63,281 nt of DNA from positions 1 to 63,281 of IMG/VR virus record IMGVR_UViG_3300011921_000006, one strand, 5' to 3'. The stretch's first letter is position 1. Each line of letters begins with the position of its first letter. The notes beneath the pieces were generated by a model, which was not told the DNA's origin, searched no databases, and was given only the letters and a program-made list of their open reading frames with translations. Positions 9,562 through 21,200 of this stretch are shown here, one piece after another. The position numbers and the translations under genes are program-made. Source of the stretch: a virus (Duplodnaviria > Caudoviricetes).

Positions 9562-10208
9562 TAGCGAGTTCTCCTAGCATAGGTACTTGCGTAATTCTCA
9601 ACCATTGCAAGGCGCTGTAAATACTCAGGCTTAAAAATCTGCATTGCGGTTGCGTCTGCCATCTGCATTCCACGAGCTTGCAATACAGCATAAACCAAAC
9701 AGTCGTGTGCAACTTCTGGTAATGGGCATTCTGTTGCATCTGTATTTGCTAGTGCTGCACCAGCAGAATCGTAGGCCCAATTGTCACCCGGTTGCGCATA
9801 GCCCTCAATTAATAAACCGTTTGCCACAGTAGCATTTGTAGCTGGGTAAACACTAAGGTTGTTCATTCCACGTAAAACAACTACTTCCGGGCGAGTACCA
9901 CTAGGTTCATTTCGCCAAACATCTATGTATTGATTACTAAAATCAAACAACCTCACAGATTGATATTCGTTAGTTGTGTCTAAAACTTTAATTACTTTGA
10001 TCCGATATATATCAGGAGCGCAGTAGTCATTTACATCTACCGTTAAATCTAAATACCGACGGCCAACCAGACAGTCCGTTTGTCGGGCTATCTGATTGGC
10101 CTGTTCGATAATTAAGTAATCTAGGCCAAATGGATCACGATCTGCATCAGTGCCAAAGTAGTTCCTACCCAGCATCCTAACATTACGTTTAATTTGACCT
10201 AGATTCAT
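9561..10208 (-). CDS. Head-tail adaptor protein (paralogue 1)
   Basis: 215 aa; MNLGQIKRNVR, NQIARQTDCL, LSVYPA, PLPEVAHDCLVYAV. Confidence 0.7.
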   Translation of the reverse strand: MNLGQIKRNVRMLGRNYFGTDADRDPFGLDYLIIEQANQIARQTDCLVGRRYLDLTVDVNDYCAPDIYRIKVIKVLDTTNEYQSVRLFDFSNQYIDVWRNEPSGTRPEVVVLRGMNNLSVYPATNATVANGLLIEGYAQPGDNWAYDSAGAALANTDATECPLPEVAHDCLVYAVLQARGMQMADATAMQIFKPEYLQRLAMVENYASTYARRTR

Positions 10209-10210
10209 AT

Positions 10211-10753
10211 CTAGAGTACTCCCTCACGTCCATTCTGGATGTGCATTCGAGTTACGGTAAACACAGCACCAGCACGAATTGCAGAGAATGTAATTTTTAG
10301 TTTTAAGAACTTAGCATATGACTGCAAGTTTAAAACGGTCATTTCATCTCCTGCTGCGGCTGCGGCTGTGTGCACAAATTGGGACAATAACGTAGAAGTT
10401 GCCGGTGTAAATCCACTTGTGTCAGAACCGTGAAGTTCAATAGTGATCGTATCGGCTGCAGTTAAACCAGTATAGTTTGCAGCAAACATTACATACAGCG
10501 GATTAAGGATTTGACCGCGAACGTAATCTGCAGCGGTTATCGATCCATCTGCGTTAGCATCTAACACAGCTCCGTTAACGCCACTTATTACAAGTCCGCC
10601 ATAATCTAGCTGGGCAGATATTGCAATACCGGCAGTAGTAACACTAGTAAAGTTCATTACAACAGTGCCGTTAGACGATGCTGTTGGAATGTTCATTTGG
10701 TTTGCGCCACCAGCAGCTACTGGGTATGCAAACATTAATTTTGCGTCTCTCAT
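10211..10753 (-). CDS. Capsid cement/decoration protein (Bbp16-like)
   Basis: 180 aa directly after MCP; MRDAKLMF start, IELHGSD..GF, KFLKLKIT. Confidence 0.6.
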   Translation of the reverse strand: MRDAKLMFAYPVAAGGANQMNIPTASSNGTVVMNFTSVTTAGIAISAQLDYGGLVISGVNGAVLDANADGSITAADYVRGQILNPLYVMFAANYTGLTAADTITIELHGSDTSGFTPATSTLLSQFVHTAAAAAGDEMTVLNLQSYAKFLKLKITFSAIRAGAVFTVTRMHIQNGREGVL

Positions 10754-10764
10754 ATCAATCCTCC

Positions 10765-11778
10765 TTAGTTAGTTGCCAACCGCAGGCGTCCAATTGAACG
10801 AGTGTTTGGCATCCAGAGACCCATGCCCCAGTCAAACAGAACATTGTGCATGATTCCGTTTTCCTTGGATTTGCCTAAATATTCAGGCTTGAATGGGCCA
10901 GACTGCCAACCCTGCACATAACCAGTGCCGTAGCGTACAGCGTAGACATCAGCAAAGTTTGAAGGCGCTGTAATAACAGGTGTTGTTCCGTCTAATTTGC
11001 GTCCAACGGTACGAATCTTGGCACCCTTGTATGTATCAACTGTGCGGTCAAATGCATCCTTGTTAGCGTCAAAACCAGTACCAGATCCAAGTTGTCGGAT
11101 AACAAACTCAAATCGGCGCTTAGTATCCTCATTCATATACAAGACAACACCATTTCCATCTGGAGAATTAAGGTTGTCAAATAATTCCTGAAGCGCAGAT
11201 ACGGTTCCGTTAGCTTCGAGAGCGTTATAGCTGCTAGTTGTATCAAGTGATGCAACTGTAGATGCTGGTGCAACAAGACAGTCAGTTGGAATATCATAGT
11301 CAGCACGATGCTCTAAACGATACTTAAGTCCGGGAAAACAGTCTGGGCTGTTACCAGAAGCAACAGATGTCGGATCGTTATTAATGAACTTATCATTAAA
11401 GTCATATGCAAAACCCTCCATAAAAATCTTGATCTGTGCTTCTACAGGATCAATGATGTTATTTGGCTGATCAAGCAAACGAGAGTCAACTGTAATCTTA
11501 TTACGAATAAGATACATCTGCTCTTCATACGACTTTGGTTTACCCTTAATTGCGTTTGGTTCACCGTTAATAGCTGACCAAGTTGGCGTTGGGATAGTGC
11601 CAGCTTCGTTCGTATAGCGAACACCAACCTGTCGCAAAGACGGCGATGTATAGAAAGGGATGTCCTTGATAGCGTTCCATGTCTGGTGCAAAGACATAGT
11701 GATTTCTTTTACAAGAGGATCATTTGAAAGGACAGCTTGATCTGCGAGTGTAAGTGCACCATTAAAATCGATGGCCAT
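10765..11778 (-). CDS. Major capsid protein (HK97 fold, BPP-1/epsilon15-like)
   Basis: 337 aa after scaffold; LTLAD, IKDIPF, PTPTWSAIN, VDSRL, FPGLKYRL, DVYAVRYG, RSIGRL. Confidence 0.85.
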   Translation of the reverse strand: MAIDFNGALTLADQAVLSNDPLVKEITMSLHQTWNAIKDIPFYTSPSLRQVGVRYTNEAGTIPTPTWSAINGEPNAIKGKPKSYEEQMYLIRNKITVDSRLLDQPNNIIDPVEAQIKIFMEGFAYDFNDKFINNDPTSVASGNSPDCFPGLKYRLEHRADYDIPTDCLVAPASTVASLDTTSSYNALEANGTVSALQELFDNLNSPDGNGVVLYMNEDTKRRFEFVIRQLGSGTGFDANKDAFDRTVDTYKGAKIRTVGRKLDGTTPVITAPSNFADVYAVRYGTGYVQGWQSGPFKPEYLGKSKENGIMHNVLFDWGMGLWMPNTRSIGRLRLATN

Positions 11779-11787
11779 TGTTTACTC

Positions 11788-12648
11788 CTAACGCCCTATA
11801 CCAAGTAATCGCGTTATGCCTGATAACGCATTTCGCTGTGGTTGCTGGGGCTGTACTAAAGGTTGAGCTGATGCGCTCGTATCAATTGGTGTCGGTGCCG
11901 ATCGACGTTCTGTAACCATATCTAATAGTTCTGGAACAAGAGATTCTACTAATCCTTGAACCTGATTGTGTACAGCCCTAGCTGCTTCAGATGGACTAAT
12001 ACCAGAACTAATAAGTTGCTCAACAACATCTTCAGCTCGACGAGCATATGGAAATTGATCATATGCCTCTACGCGCTGTTGTGAAATCATATAGTTATTC
12101 ATTTGCGATACGACTTGGTCGTACCTAAACTTATTAACTTCTGCTTCAGCGTAGGCATTTGCAGCTTCAGGGTCAAAATATTCTGTGCTGACTTTATTCT
12201 GCCAGCGATCACGAATACCCTGTTCCTGCTTAGCAATTTCCTGCTGCTGTAATGCTTTTTGGACATCAGCTGCAGATTTGAAACCGCTACTTTCAAACTG
12301 AGTAATAACATCGCGCCATTTATCTAATGCTTCTTGTTGTTGACGTAAAGCCTTAGCTTCTTCGTTAACTTCACGAAACCGATCATATGGAACGTTTGCT
12401 GGTTTTTCCGGAGCTACCGTATCCAGCAACTTTTGCCTTACTCGTGTTTCTACATCTGCTTGGTCATAAACATCTGTAAAATCACTATCGTGTGCATCTG
12501 ATTGGAAAACAGGTTCATTCTTTAACGCCTCGAACCCATCATTGTCAGGACCGGCGCTTTCCCTGACAAAATCCATCAATGCTCCACCCGCATTGCCCGT
12601 TGCCGCTGCTGGCGAATCAGCGGTGCGTGTCACCATCTCTTCGGACAT
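11788..12648 (-). CDS. Capsid scaffolding protein
   Basis: 286 aa acidic/helical, VPYDRFREVNEE motif, between portal and MCP. Confidence 0.8.
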   Translation of the reverse strand: MSEEMVTRTADSPAAATGNAGGALMDFVRESAGPDNDGFEALKNEPVFQSDAHDSDFTDVYDQADVETRVRQKLLDTVAPEKPANVPYDRFREVNEEAKALRQQQEALDKWRDVITQFESSGFKSAADVQKALQQQEIAKQEQGIRDRWQNKVSTEYFDPEAANAYAEAEVNKFRYDQVVSQMNNYMISQQRVEAYDQFPYARRAEDVVEQLISSGISPSEAARAVHNQVQGLVESLVPELLDMVTERRSAPTPIDTSASAQPLVQPQQPQRNALSGITRLLGIGR

Positions 12649-14853
12649 TTACATCATACCTTCTTGTTCTGAAATATTGCCAGTCGGTTCTGGCTCCATG
12701 GTTTGCATTAATTTTTGCTTACCAAGGTCTGTAATGGCGCCATCTTCATTGGCAGCAGCCATAATTCCTGCCTTTGCTGACTCAAGTGCAATATCAGCTT
12801 CTAATTGAGCTTGAATTTCAGCAGTACGTTTTTGAATTTCAATCTGAGCTTTAATCTGCTCTTCTTCAGGGTTAAACATCTTGCCTGAATTTTGTTGGGC
12901 AGCTTGTTGTTGCATCATCTCCATTTGCTGCATTTGCATTTGTTGCTGTTTTTGTGCTTGCCCGTCAAGGTGCTGATAGATCCTAGAAGCATTAGGCATA
13001 TTACTTAATTCAACAAATAACCTATTGGTATCTGGATCCATTGGATCACCGAATACACCCATTTGTCTAAGTGCTGCTAGTTTCTGTAATCGCTGATCCG
13101 GACCATCCTCCATTGATGAACCGGGAACATAAACTATTCTAAACTGCCCACCTGCTTTTAAAGCGTCAAATCTCATAACGCCTTGTGCAATCTGATCTTG
13201 CGGAAGCATCTTTCCTTGAATGTTTCCTACAAATGGCACTATTCCGAATTGTTCTACTAATGAGACTTCCCACTCTTTAATTTTTGCTGCACTAATTTCT
13301 ATGTCTGCGCGAATGTAACTATGTTGCGTATTGTCGCTTTTTTGTAATAATCTAACTGCTTCTGCAGGTGTGCCAGCAGCAGCTTGACCTTGAGATACGT
13401 CATGTAATCCAGCTATATCCATCATGTCACGTTCAATAAATTGAAGTAGTGGAAATAAATCTGATCCAATACCCGGTGCGCGTTGAATTGTTGGAGGATG
13501 ACTTCCACGCATGTAATTTATGCGTCGATAAATACGATTCTTGTCATCAATTTCATCACTGCTGTTATCGTACGCATCAGCTCCAACACCACTTAAGTTT
13601 TCAACTAGGATGTAATCCTTCTGGCCTTCAAACTGCTCTAATAAACGTGAGTACACACGATTGTATGTACTCTGTAATGCACAGAGATCAAATCCTAAAG
13701 AATAGCCATAGGGAGTACCTGAACGTGGTTGCCATCGCAACGGAATGAATGGGAATGAGTCTTTTTTCCTGTATGGCCATACACCCGCGTATAGCAAACA
13801 ACTGTTTGTGGATACGATATATCTTCCATCAGGGTATAGAGCCGATGGTTTTTCCCAATACTCGTAAACAACTGCAGCCATCTTCTTTGTGTCTTGGTTG
13901 TTCATTGCTGCCGTAGATGGTTGAGTCCATCCACGACCGGCACCATTTGAACCATTGATGTAGCTATCTACATAACCGCTATTGGTTCCTGTTTGAGAAT
14001 CTGGCTTTACGGCTTTTCCGGCTTCACCATATGAGTCTACAAACCACGATAGTGGTTTAACCATTGCATGTATCATCCAACGAACATCGTCGTCTCGCTT
14101 TGCTGTTGGATCTAAGTAAACATCAAATGCGGGAAGAATTTGCTCGACTACATCACCTACGCGCATTTTTGTATGACCGATAACACTAGTGCCAGTAGAA
14201 TCCATTTGAGGTACTACTTGTTCACGATTATTATCCCAAAATAATTTTACGTATGATGTGCCACAAACACATGCCCATCTGACGCGTTCTTTTGTTTGTG
14301 TTTCACGATCATATTTACGATTGTAATGACTCAATAAATAGTTAGCCTCATCGGCTGCTGCGAGATCCACTGGATTATGACTAATAGGAACAGCTGACGC
14401 ATCTGGAGAACATTGTGTTAATTTTCCAACAACACCATCAATCAACGGTCTGATTTTATTTACCGTCATGTATCGATTTGGCTCTTTGTCATTTTGGATT
14501 GAAACTAGATTTCTTGTTTCACTATTAACGCGAAACCATTGGCGTCCTTCAAAAAACGCCGTAGCCATAATCCATTCAAGCTCCATCTCTTGACGTGCTC
14601 TATAGGTTAAATCAAATTGCTCTTTTACAAATGCAGTAATCTTCTTAGCTTCATCAGGTTGATCTTTTGGTGAAACCTTCCAGTCCTTGCTGTTTAAATC
14701 TAACTTTAAATTTGCTTTGTCATCTTTTTCAACAGACTTGACATCAAACGAGCCTACCGTTCCAGTTGTTGGATTCTTCTGATATGCGGTAACTTTTGGT
14801 TGTTTATTACCATTACCAAGAAGACTATTCATAACCATATCTTGAAGGCTCAT
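12649..14853 (-). CDS. Portal protein (P22-like, long Q-rich C-terminal barrel)
   Basis: FFEGRQW, NKIRPLIDGVVG, DVYLDP, FPFIP, YG....L..LQ..YN, DIAGLHDVSQG; follows TerL. Confidence 0.88.
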   Translation of the reverse strand: MSLQDMVMNSLLGNGNKQPKVTAYQKNPTTGTVGSFDVKSVEKDDKANLKLDLNSKDWKVSPKDQPDEAKKITAFVKEQFDLTYRARQEMELEWIMATAFFEGRQWFRVNSETRNLVSIQNDKEPNRYMTVNKIRPLIDGVVGKLTQCSPDASAVPISHNPVDLAAADEANYLLSHYNRKYDRETQTKERVRWACVCGTSYVKLFWDNNREQVVPQMDSTGTSVIGHTKMRVGDVVEQILPAFDVYLDPTAKRDDDVRWMIHAMVKPLSWFVDSYGEAGKAVKPDSQTGTNSGYVDSYINGSNGAGRGWTQPSTAAMNNQDTKKMAAVVYEYWEKPSALYPDGRYIVSTNSCLLYAGVWPYRKKDSFPFIPLRWQPRSGTPYGYSLGFDLCALQSTYNRVYSRLLEQFEGQKDYILVENLSGVGADAYDNSSDEIDDKNRIYRRINYMRGSHPPTIQRAPGIGSDLFPLLQFIERDMMDIAGLHDVSQGQAAAGTPAEAVRLLQKSDNTQHSYIRADIEISAAKIKEWEVSLVEQFGIVPFVGNIQGKMLPQDQIAQGVMRFDALKAGGQFRIVYVPGSSMEDGPDQRLQKLAALRQMGVFGDPMDPDTNRLFVELSNMPNASRIYQHLDGQAQKQQQMQMQQMEMMQQQAAQQNSGKMFNPEEEQIKAQIEIQKRTAEIQAQLEADIALESAKAGIMAAANEDGAITDLGKQKLMQTMEPEPTGNISEQEGMM

Positions 14854-14855
14854 AT

Positions 14856-14999
14856 TTATACCCACTTCTGCCCATCATTGATTTGAGCAATAAGTAACCG
14901 TTCGTTTTTAATCTCACGTAACACGTTGACAATCTGTATCATTAAATACACATGGATTATTGCACACACAGAGATAACAACGGAAACTTCTATACCCAT
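14856..14999 (-). CDS. 47-aa single-TM microprotein between TerL and portal (not in ORF track)
   Basis: MGIEVSVVISVCAIIHVYLMIQIVNVLREIKNERLLIAQINDGQKWV fills the gap exactly. Confidence 0.55.
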   Translation of the reverse strand: MGIEVSVVISVCAIIHVYLMIQIVNVLREIKNERLLIAQINDGQKWV

Positions 15000-16735
15000 T
15001 CTGAATTTTTACCTTTGTCCATCCAACTTGGAATATGCCGTCCAGATCTACCGCCTTCAGATGACACTTCAGGACATTTTACTGGATATTCTCTCCACAT
15101 CATTCCATATCTGAAACTATCAATAGCGTGATCATTTTTTGTACCACTATCGATATCTTCTGGGTCGCGTGGATTAGCCATAGTGTTTGCTAACTGCTTG
15201 ATTAAATTAGGACATGTGCCACGTACTATTTGTAATTTTGGCTTAGCAACTCCATTTACAACTCCTGCTGCTTCAAGCCATTCTTTCACTCGTCTCCATC
15301 CAGCTTTGCGATCTTTGACCGCTCTGACGGCTGGTAAATTTCTCTCCCACCATATTTCTACAGGGTACTCACCAATTCTGTCTTGTGCATTCATAGGTGG
15401 AAATGTGTTTGCCCAGTCAAACGCAATTGCTTCAAGTTTGTTGTTCCATCTACCTTCTCGCAATTTTGTATTAGATGGTTCAGCCAATTTATATTTTTCA
15501 AGCATGTCAAGCACTTTTTGAGCTTGTGCACTACTTACTAATCCTTGTTCGTACATCTCTCCTAATACATAAACATTTTCATTGTCGTCACTTGCATATA
15601 GCAAGAAACACGCTGGTGCACCTGTACCAAAGTCATGACTACCCCAGACGCGCCACCATGGTTGCACTTCAACGTGGTCTATAACATGCCAACTTGTGCC
15701 TTCAGATCCATATTCTCTGAAAGAGTTAAAGAACAATCCACCAACACCAACTTCATGTTGACACTCACGCAAAAATGACATCAATCCGTATGTGTCAATT
15801 TCATGCTGGCAAACTTCTATTGTTTTGTGTTCCCACGCAGGAATCCCATTTGTAATCTTGTAGCCAACACGACCATCCTCGCGCTCAAATGTCTCATACT
15901 GTAAATCATAAATTGCTGGGACAATTGGACTCTGTATACGGTTTTGCAACATGTCTAACTCGCCACTTAAAACGTGACTCATTACGCTATTTGCATGAAT
16001 GCGGTTTTGAACAAAAACAACAGCACAATCCGTACTTCTAGCAGGAAGAATTGTTTGTGTGATTGTACGTATTTTTTTATCAACGGCATTTACAGAGTCA
16101 TCTAACTCATCAATGTCGTCAAGAATAATCATGTCCGGACGCAAGTGATCCAACTTGACACCACGTGCGCCAGTGTCAAGCCCGAATGCAAGGACGTTAA
16201 AACCATTCGCAGTACGTAATTTACTGGCATTCCAACCCTTTGAAAAACCATACTTATTGACAGCTCGTTCAATGCCACATCGTTCCATTGCCGTTGCAAT
16301 ATCTTGCACGTGCCTGTCTGCCATGTCTTGTGTGGCACACACGTAAACAACAAACCTGCGTGTTGCCTTAACTGCTAATCGACTAACGATTAATTCCATT
16401 GTGGTTGATTTACCGCCACCACGAAACCAACACTCAATAAGAGCGGGTGGAGTAAACCCCGGTTCTAATTTTTCGGCCCACTGCCATGCCCTATGATGAT
16501 GATCACCGAGTTTACTTGACGCAGCATGAGGAGCATATGTTGACAGCCATGACTCGTATGACAATTCATTACCGACTAACTTTGAGGCAACACCATTGTC
16601 ATAATCACCGACTTCAATGGCTTGTGATAATTCATCACCAAGTGCTTCCAATAATGCTACAGCCAGCGGCTTTGTTGGCTTTACATACTTTCTAAATGCA
16701 CGTGGTGCGGCTTTACTGAGTGTCGTCTTGCTCAT
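14990..16735 (-). CDS. terL: Terminase large subunit
   Basis: Walker A-like RGGGKST, Walker B IILDDID, RNase H-like nuclease HDFG...NDHAIDSFRY. Confidence 0.92.
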   Translation of the reverse strand: MSKTTLSKAAPRAFRKYVKPTKPLAVALLEALGDELSQAIEVGDYDNGVASKLVGNELSYESWLSTYAPHAASSKLGDHHHRAWQWAEKLEPGFTPPALIECWFRGGGKSTTMELIVSRLAVKATRRFVVYVCATQDMADRHVQDIATAMERCGIERAVNKYGFSKGWNASKLRTANGFNVLAFGLDTGARGVKLDHLRPDMIILDDIDELDDSVNAVDKKIRTITQTILPARSTDCAVVFVQNRIHANSVMSHVLSGELDMLQNRIQSPIVPAIYDLQYETFEREDGRVGYKITNGIPAWEHKTIEVCQHEIDTYGLMSFLRECQHEVGVGGLFFNSFREYGSEGTSWHVIDHVEVQPWWRVWGSHDFGTGAPACFLLYASDDNENVYVLGEMYEQGLVSSAQAQKVLDMLEKYKLAEPSNTKLREGRWNNKLEAIAFDWANTFPPMNAQDRIGEYPVEIWWERNLPAVRAVKDRKAGWRRVKEWLEAAGVVNGVAKPKLQIVRGTCPNLIKQLANTMANPRDPEDIDSGTKNDHAIDSFRYGMMWREYPVKCPEVSSEGGRSGRHIPSWMDKGKNSEWV

Positions 16736-17444
16736 CTATAATCTCGGCATCCATTACATCGTCTTGTTGATATTGTTTTAATAGCTTTGAAAAACCAGCT
16801 TTTATGGCATTTAATTCGTCAATATTTCTTACGCACTGCTTTACAATGCCAAGGATTTGCATTGCAAGGCTATATGCTTGATCTACCTCAAGAGTGTATG
16901 CCTTAGTATGCATCATTCGTGCTTCAGCTTCTACAATTTCTGTCCTCTTGTCAATTAGTTGTACAACATCTTGACTAGCTCGATACAAATCGATGCCGTC
17001 ATTTATAATTTTGCCAAGTTGTTTGAACGCTGGCATAAATTCATCTGTGCCATATGTTGCCCGACAAGTAGACATTTGATCTTTAATAGATTCGTAATGC
17101 TCTACGGAAATTCCATTACTTGCAGCTTCTGCGCGAACGTCCATCAACGCCGTCAAATACGCAGCATCATCACGCAATGAAAATAAATCAGGATCTTCTC
17201 TTAGTTCATCAATCCTAGTTAATAACGTAGGTGCAACTTGGCTAAACCGACGTCTTTGTTTACCCCATAATCCAGTTTTAAATGCAGGACTATCCACACC
17301 AGTTAATGTTTTTCCGCCATGATGCATACAGTAATCACGCCCACTTACTGCAATGTTTTTACAGCGCTCACCATTTCTTTTTAATGAGGAGCACAGTTTA
17401 ATTTTTGCGCCATTAACTTCGCGTGTTGTTATTTCAGTTGTCAT
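16713..17444 (-). CDS. terS: Terminase small subunit (HGG motif family)
   Basis: C...R.GERC...A..G...CMHHGG...FKTGLW N-terminus; overlaps TerL start. Confidence 0.75.
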   Translation of the reverse strand: MTTEITTREVNGAKIKLCSSLKRNGERCKNIAVSGRDYCMHHGGKTLTGVDSPAFKTGLWGKQRRRFSQVAPTLLTRIDELREDPDLFSLRDDAAYLTALMDVRAEAASNGISVEHYESIKDQMSTCRATYGTDEFMPAFKQLGKIINDGIDLYRASQDVVQLIDKRTEIVEAEARMMHTKAYTLEVDQAYSLAMQILGIVKQCVRNIDELNAIKAGFSKLLKQYQQDDVMDAEIIDEQDDTQ

Positions 17445-18268
17445 TTTTTACCGGACAGAAAACCCTTTAGTTGTTGTTGAAAAACTTTACCTACATTGGA
17501 CACGCCTCGTCCAACAGCCTGTAAATCTTTTTTTCCTCCCGCAATTGATCTATCGTAAGCATCAACAGCAGTATTTGCTAAATCGTTAACGTTCTTCCCA
17601 ATCATATCAACTGTTGGTTGTACGTTTTTTGGAAGCATTGCTCTAAGTGGATCTGTTACTAAATCTGATGCCTTTTTTTGTTTTTGTAAAGCATAACCAC
17701 CCAGATCAGTTACATTATCCGCAGCGCCCGGTTGCTGGGAGATCATTTCTAATAATGGCAGTAATTCTGCATATTGCGCTTGCATTTTTCCTTGATTTAA
17801 ATGTGTGTCTGCAAACTTAGTTACATCTGCCGCTTTTTCACCAAGATTGTTATCAAGTATCTTCTCATTCATTGCGTTATATATAGGATTCATTCCATAT
17901 CCTTTAGCCGCAAAGATACCCGATTGCGCAGCTGGATTTAATCCAACACCTTTTGTTGCAAGAAATGCCATTAATGCTTTTAACCCAACATCAGTAGTTA
18001 GATCTAATCCAAGAGTTGCTCCAGCTGAAAGTAATGAGTTCATTCGAGCATCGCGAGGCATATCCTTTTCAAACGCCATTGCAAGTTGTGGTTTTTGACT
18101 GCCACCAAGTGCAAGGTCACCCATTATTCTTCCACCAGTACCCGGCATAAATTGCCCAATCGTTCCTGCTGGGGCAGAAAACATTTGTAATAGATCTGCG
18201 GTTTTCTTATCTAACTCAGGACCTGCTTGTAACCCACGAGACGTTTTGCTTTGTTTACCTTGAGGCAT
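17441..18268 (-). CDS. Hypothetical helical protein, possibly internal virion protein
   Basis: 275 aa A/G/Q/L-rich, no Cys or Trp. Confidence 0.7.
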   Translation of the reverse strand: MPQGKQSKTSRGLQAGPELDKKTADLLQMFSAPAGTIGQFMPGTGGRIMGDLALGGSQKPQLAMAFEKDMPRDARMNSLLSAGATLGLDLTTDVGLKALMAFLATKGVGLNPAAQSGIFAAKGYGMNPIYNAMNEKILDNNLGEKAADVTKFADTHLNQGKMQAQYAELLPLLEMISQQPGAADNVTDLGGYALQKQKKASDLVTDPLRAMLPKNVQPTVDMIGKNVNDLANTAVDAYDRSIAGGKKDLQAVGRGVSNVGKVFQQQLKGFLSGKK

Positions 18269-18270
18269 TT

Positions 18271-21200
18271 TTAGTTGTCCTTCTTTTGTGTTTCGTACAG
18301 GGCTTTACCAATACCTAACAATGTCGCAAATCCAGCTGGAGCCTTACCTGTGCTGCTCCGCATTCTAGATCGCATTGCATCAGCCCTGCTCTGTGGTTTT
18401 ACTGGTGCAACTACAGGCTTCTGTGTTGCTATTGGTGCTGGCGTTTTACTCGTAGGCTTAAATGCTGCACGTTGTTGTGTCAACTCTGCATCAGATTTAA
18501 ATAGCCCATTTGCAATACGAGTGCCCATAGCTACAAATTTTGCTTTATCTTGTGCAACAACTGCGTACTTTTTGTCTAACTGCCCTCTATTAAATCCAGC
18601 TGACTCACCCTTACTTGAATTAACCTCTGTAAGTAATCCAGTAGCAGAATTTTCTGAAAGCCCAGCTTTCATTAATACTTTTACAGCATCCGCTTTTGTC
18701 ATTACCTTTCCATTGCGATTAAAAACAGTATTTGCAGACTCTAAAACATCTATGTATCCCGGATGCATATCGGCATTAGAAATGGTTAGTCCTAATGCAT
18801 TATTTATTTTTACACGCTGTCTCTTGCCTTGTGTTTTAGCTTCTTGCTGAGCAACTTGTTCTTCACGAACTTTTGCTTTAGAAATTTCACCAACAAGTTC
18901 TTGGCGATCTCCTTGTTTACCATCAACTTGCAATTGCAATGTCTTTATGTTTTTCTCAACTTCTGCAATTTGTTTAAGATGAGCATCAACATTTGCTTTT
19001 GCTGGTTTAACTCCACGCAATTGCTGCAATGTTTCTTTTGCAGTACCTAACTGAGTATTAAGTTGTTTAATTTCCCTGATGACCTTGGTGGCCATTTGCG
19101 AGATGTCGCCTGACGACATTTTTGTGTAATCAACAGATTGTGGCTTTGGAGCAACTGCTGTTTGCCTCGGTCGTTGTTCACGCGTGGTGTCTATTGTTGT
19201 AGGACTATCATCTGTCTTATCTTCTGTTTTTATGCCTAGTTTAGCTTGCCGTAAAAGTACTCGCTTTCTAGTCATATCTAATTTGCGTTTTTGTGCCGGA
19301 GATAAATCTAATTCAGCAATATTTATATCAAAGCCGGGTAATCGCCCACCACTTGATGCGACACCATCTGCTGTAGTTGGCATGTTGATGCCATTGTTTC
19401 TTGCAGTTGCAATACGTTTTACTAGATCCGACAAAGCGTTGTTTTTTGCTTCGGGAGTTGTTGCGCTCTCAAAGTTTTTAATTGCCATGTCAATGCCTTG
19501 TGCAAATGTTGATTTGCTTGCAATAAGGCTTTTACGAGCTTTGCTGTCTGCTCCAAAACTAACTAAATTCATTGCATCAGTAATAGCAGTAGAAACAAGG
19601 TTCTTTTGAGATGTCTTTCTATCTGCTATACGACCTTTGCCTTCACCAATATCTACTCCAGCGCCTTTAACGTTTGGAGCTGATCTTACATTTCCAGCTT
19701 CTGCTTGTTCTGCAACCACATCACCCGCATAACCATACACAGCATCCATGAAGGACATACGTGCTCTGCTATTATTTTTATCTTCGTAAACAAGACTTGT
19801 AACTTGATCTTTTACAGCTTGTTCAAATGCTGGGCGCAATTCTGGTGTAATGTCAGAATCACCTGTTCTATCTTCAAGAACAGATTTAACAATTCGTGTT
19901 ATCTGTGATTCTTTATCTATACCAGAACCTTCTTGAAGGTACATATTACGCGCGGTTGCAAATGCACTTTGTATTTTAGTTTTATGGTTTTGAATAATGA
20001 TGTCTTCAGCTGCACGTCGGTCACCAGCGTCAACCTTATTTATGACATCGCGCTCTAATCTACTTTCACTACTGCGCGGTCCAGATGTTCCATTCATTGT
20101 TCCGGGAGCACGACTATCTGGTTTAAAATCACGTCCTCTAGCAATTTCTAGAATAGAGTGTAATGCACTACCTTGTCTGCGGCTCATGTTGGTAACAACA
20201 CGCTGTAGTTCCTGTTGCGTAATACCTGTTTCGCCTAATTGCTTAATGACGTCTTGGTCGCCAGTAAACAACACGTATTTAGCAAATGAATCGACTGCTT
20301 CAGGAAAGTTTTTAAATGCAGTGTTAAGTTCTGAGTGAAACTGATTAAAGGATGACACAACGTAATTTGAAGGTAGACCATATTTACCTTGCGATGCACT
20401 TTGTGTAGCTACTGTAGATACGCCGACGCGTTCCGTTTGTTGGTTTGTACGAACCTTTACTGTTTTTGGCTTTCCGTCTTCACCAATTACAGGTACATAT
20501 CGACCATCTTTTAATTGGAATTGCTGTACATTAGCTGTACCTGTCTTGGGGTCAACGTCATAAGACTTAATTAAATTTTTATCGTTAATTGTCCGGCCGT
20601 TTACATCTACAGGCATAAGTTGAACCGTAGATCTTGTAGATTGACGCCCACCCTCAACGAGATTAATTCCAGAAAATAACTTCTTAAAATTCATCTCTGA
20701 TCCACCAGATGCCCAGTGATCCAACATGTCGAGCGTTTGATCTAATCTTGCTGGTCCAGAAACTTGCCTTGGACGCATAAAGTCAGGTGTGCCATCACCT
20801 TTTAATTGGAAGCCTGTAGATACACCAACACCACCAACTTGTAACCTAATATCATCGGCTGATGTAACTAATGAGTTTAACTGACTTAGTGCGCCACGCA
20901 AACTACTGTATTGCTCTGGAGTTAATACAGATGGGAAATCAGCTGACGCCTTAGAAGACGTAAGAGTATATTCATCTCCACGTTTTGCGTACATATCTAA
21001 ATTTGTTTTTAAACGTGTCTGCATTGCCTTGGCAGTGTCGTACATTTCTGCACCTGCCTTATCAACATACAAAACTCCGTTTTCATCTGCAGGAATCCGC
21101 ATCAATTGCTTTAAGTCACTGACTACATCAGCCATTGTTTCAAGACTTGACTGAGATCCACTTACAACACGAGCACCTCGACTCATGTCGCCGAATTCAT

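Noticed and set aside
14990-16735. Inteins or introns in terL, dnaB or thyX
   Set aside because: Lengths are normal, motifs are contiguous and no splice-junction residues were seen.
18275-20338. Long antisense ORFs opposite large genes (also 6118..6552, 54400..54798 and others)
   Set aside because: Shadow frames of real genes, without RBS or protein-like features.
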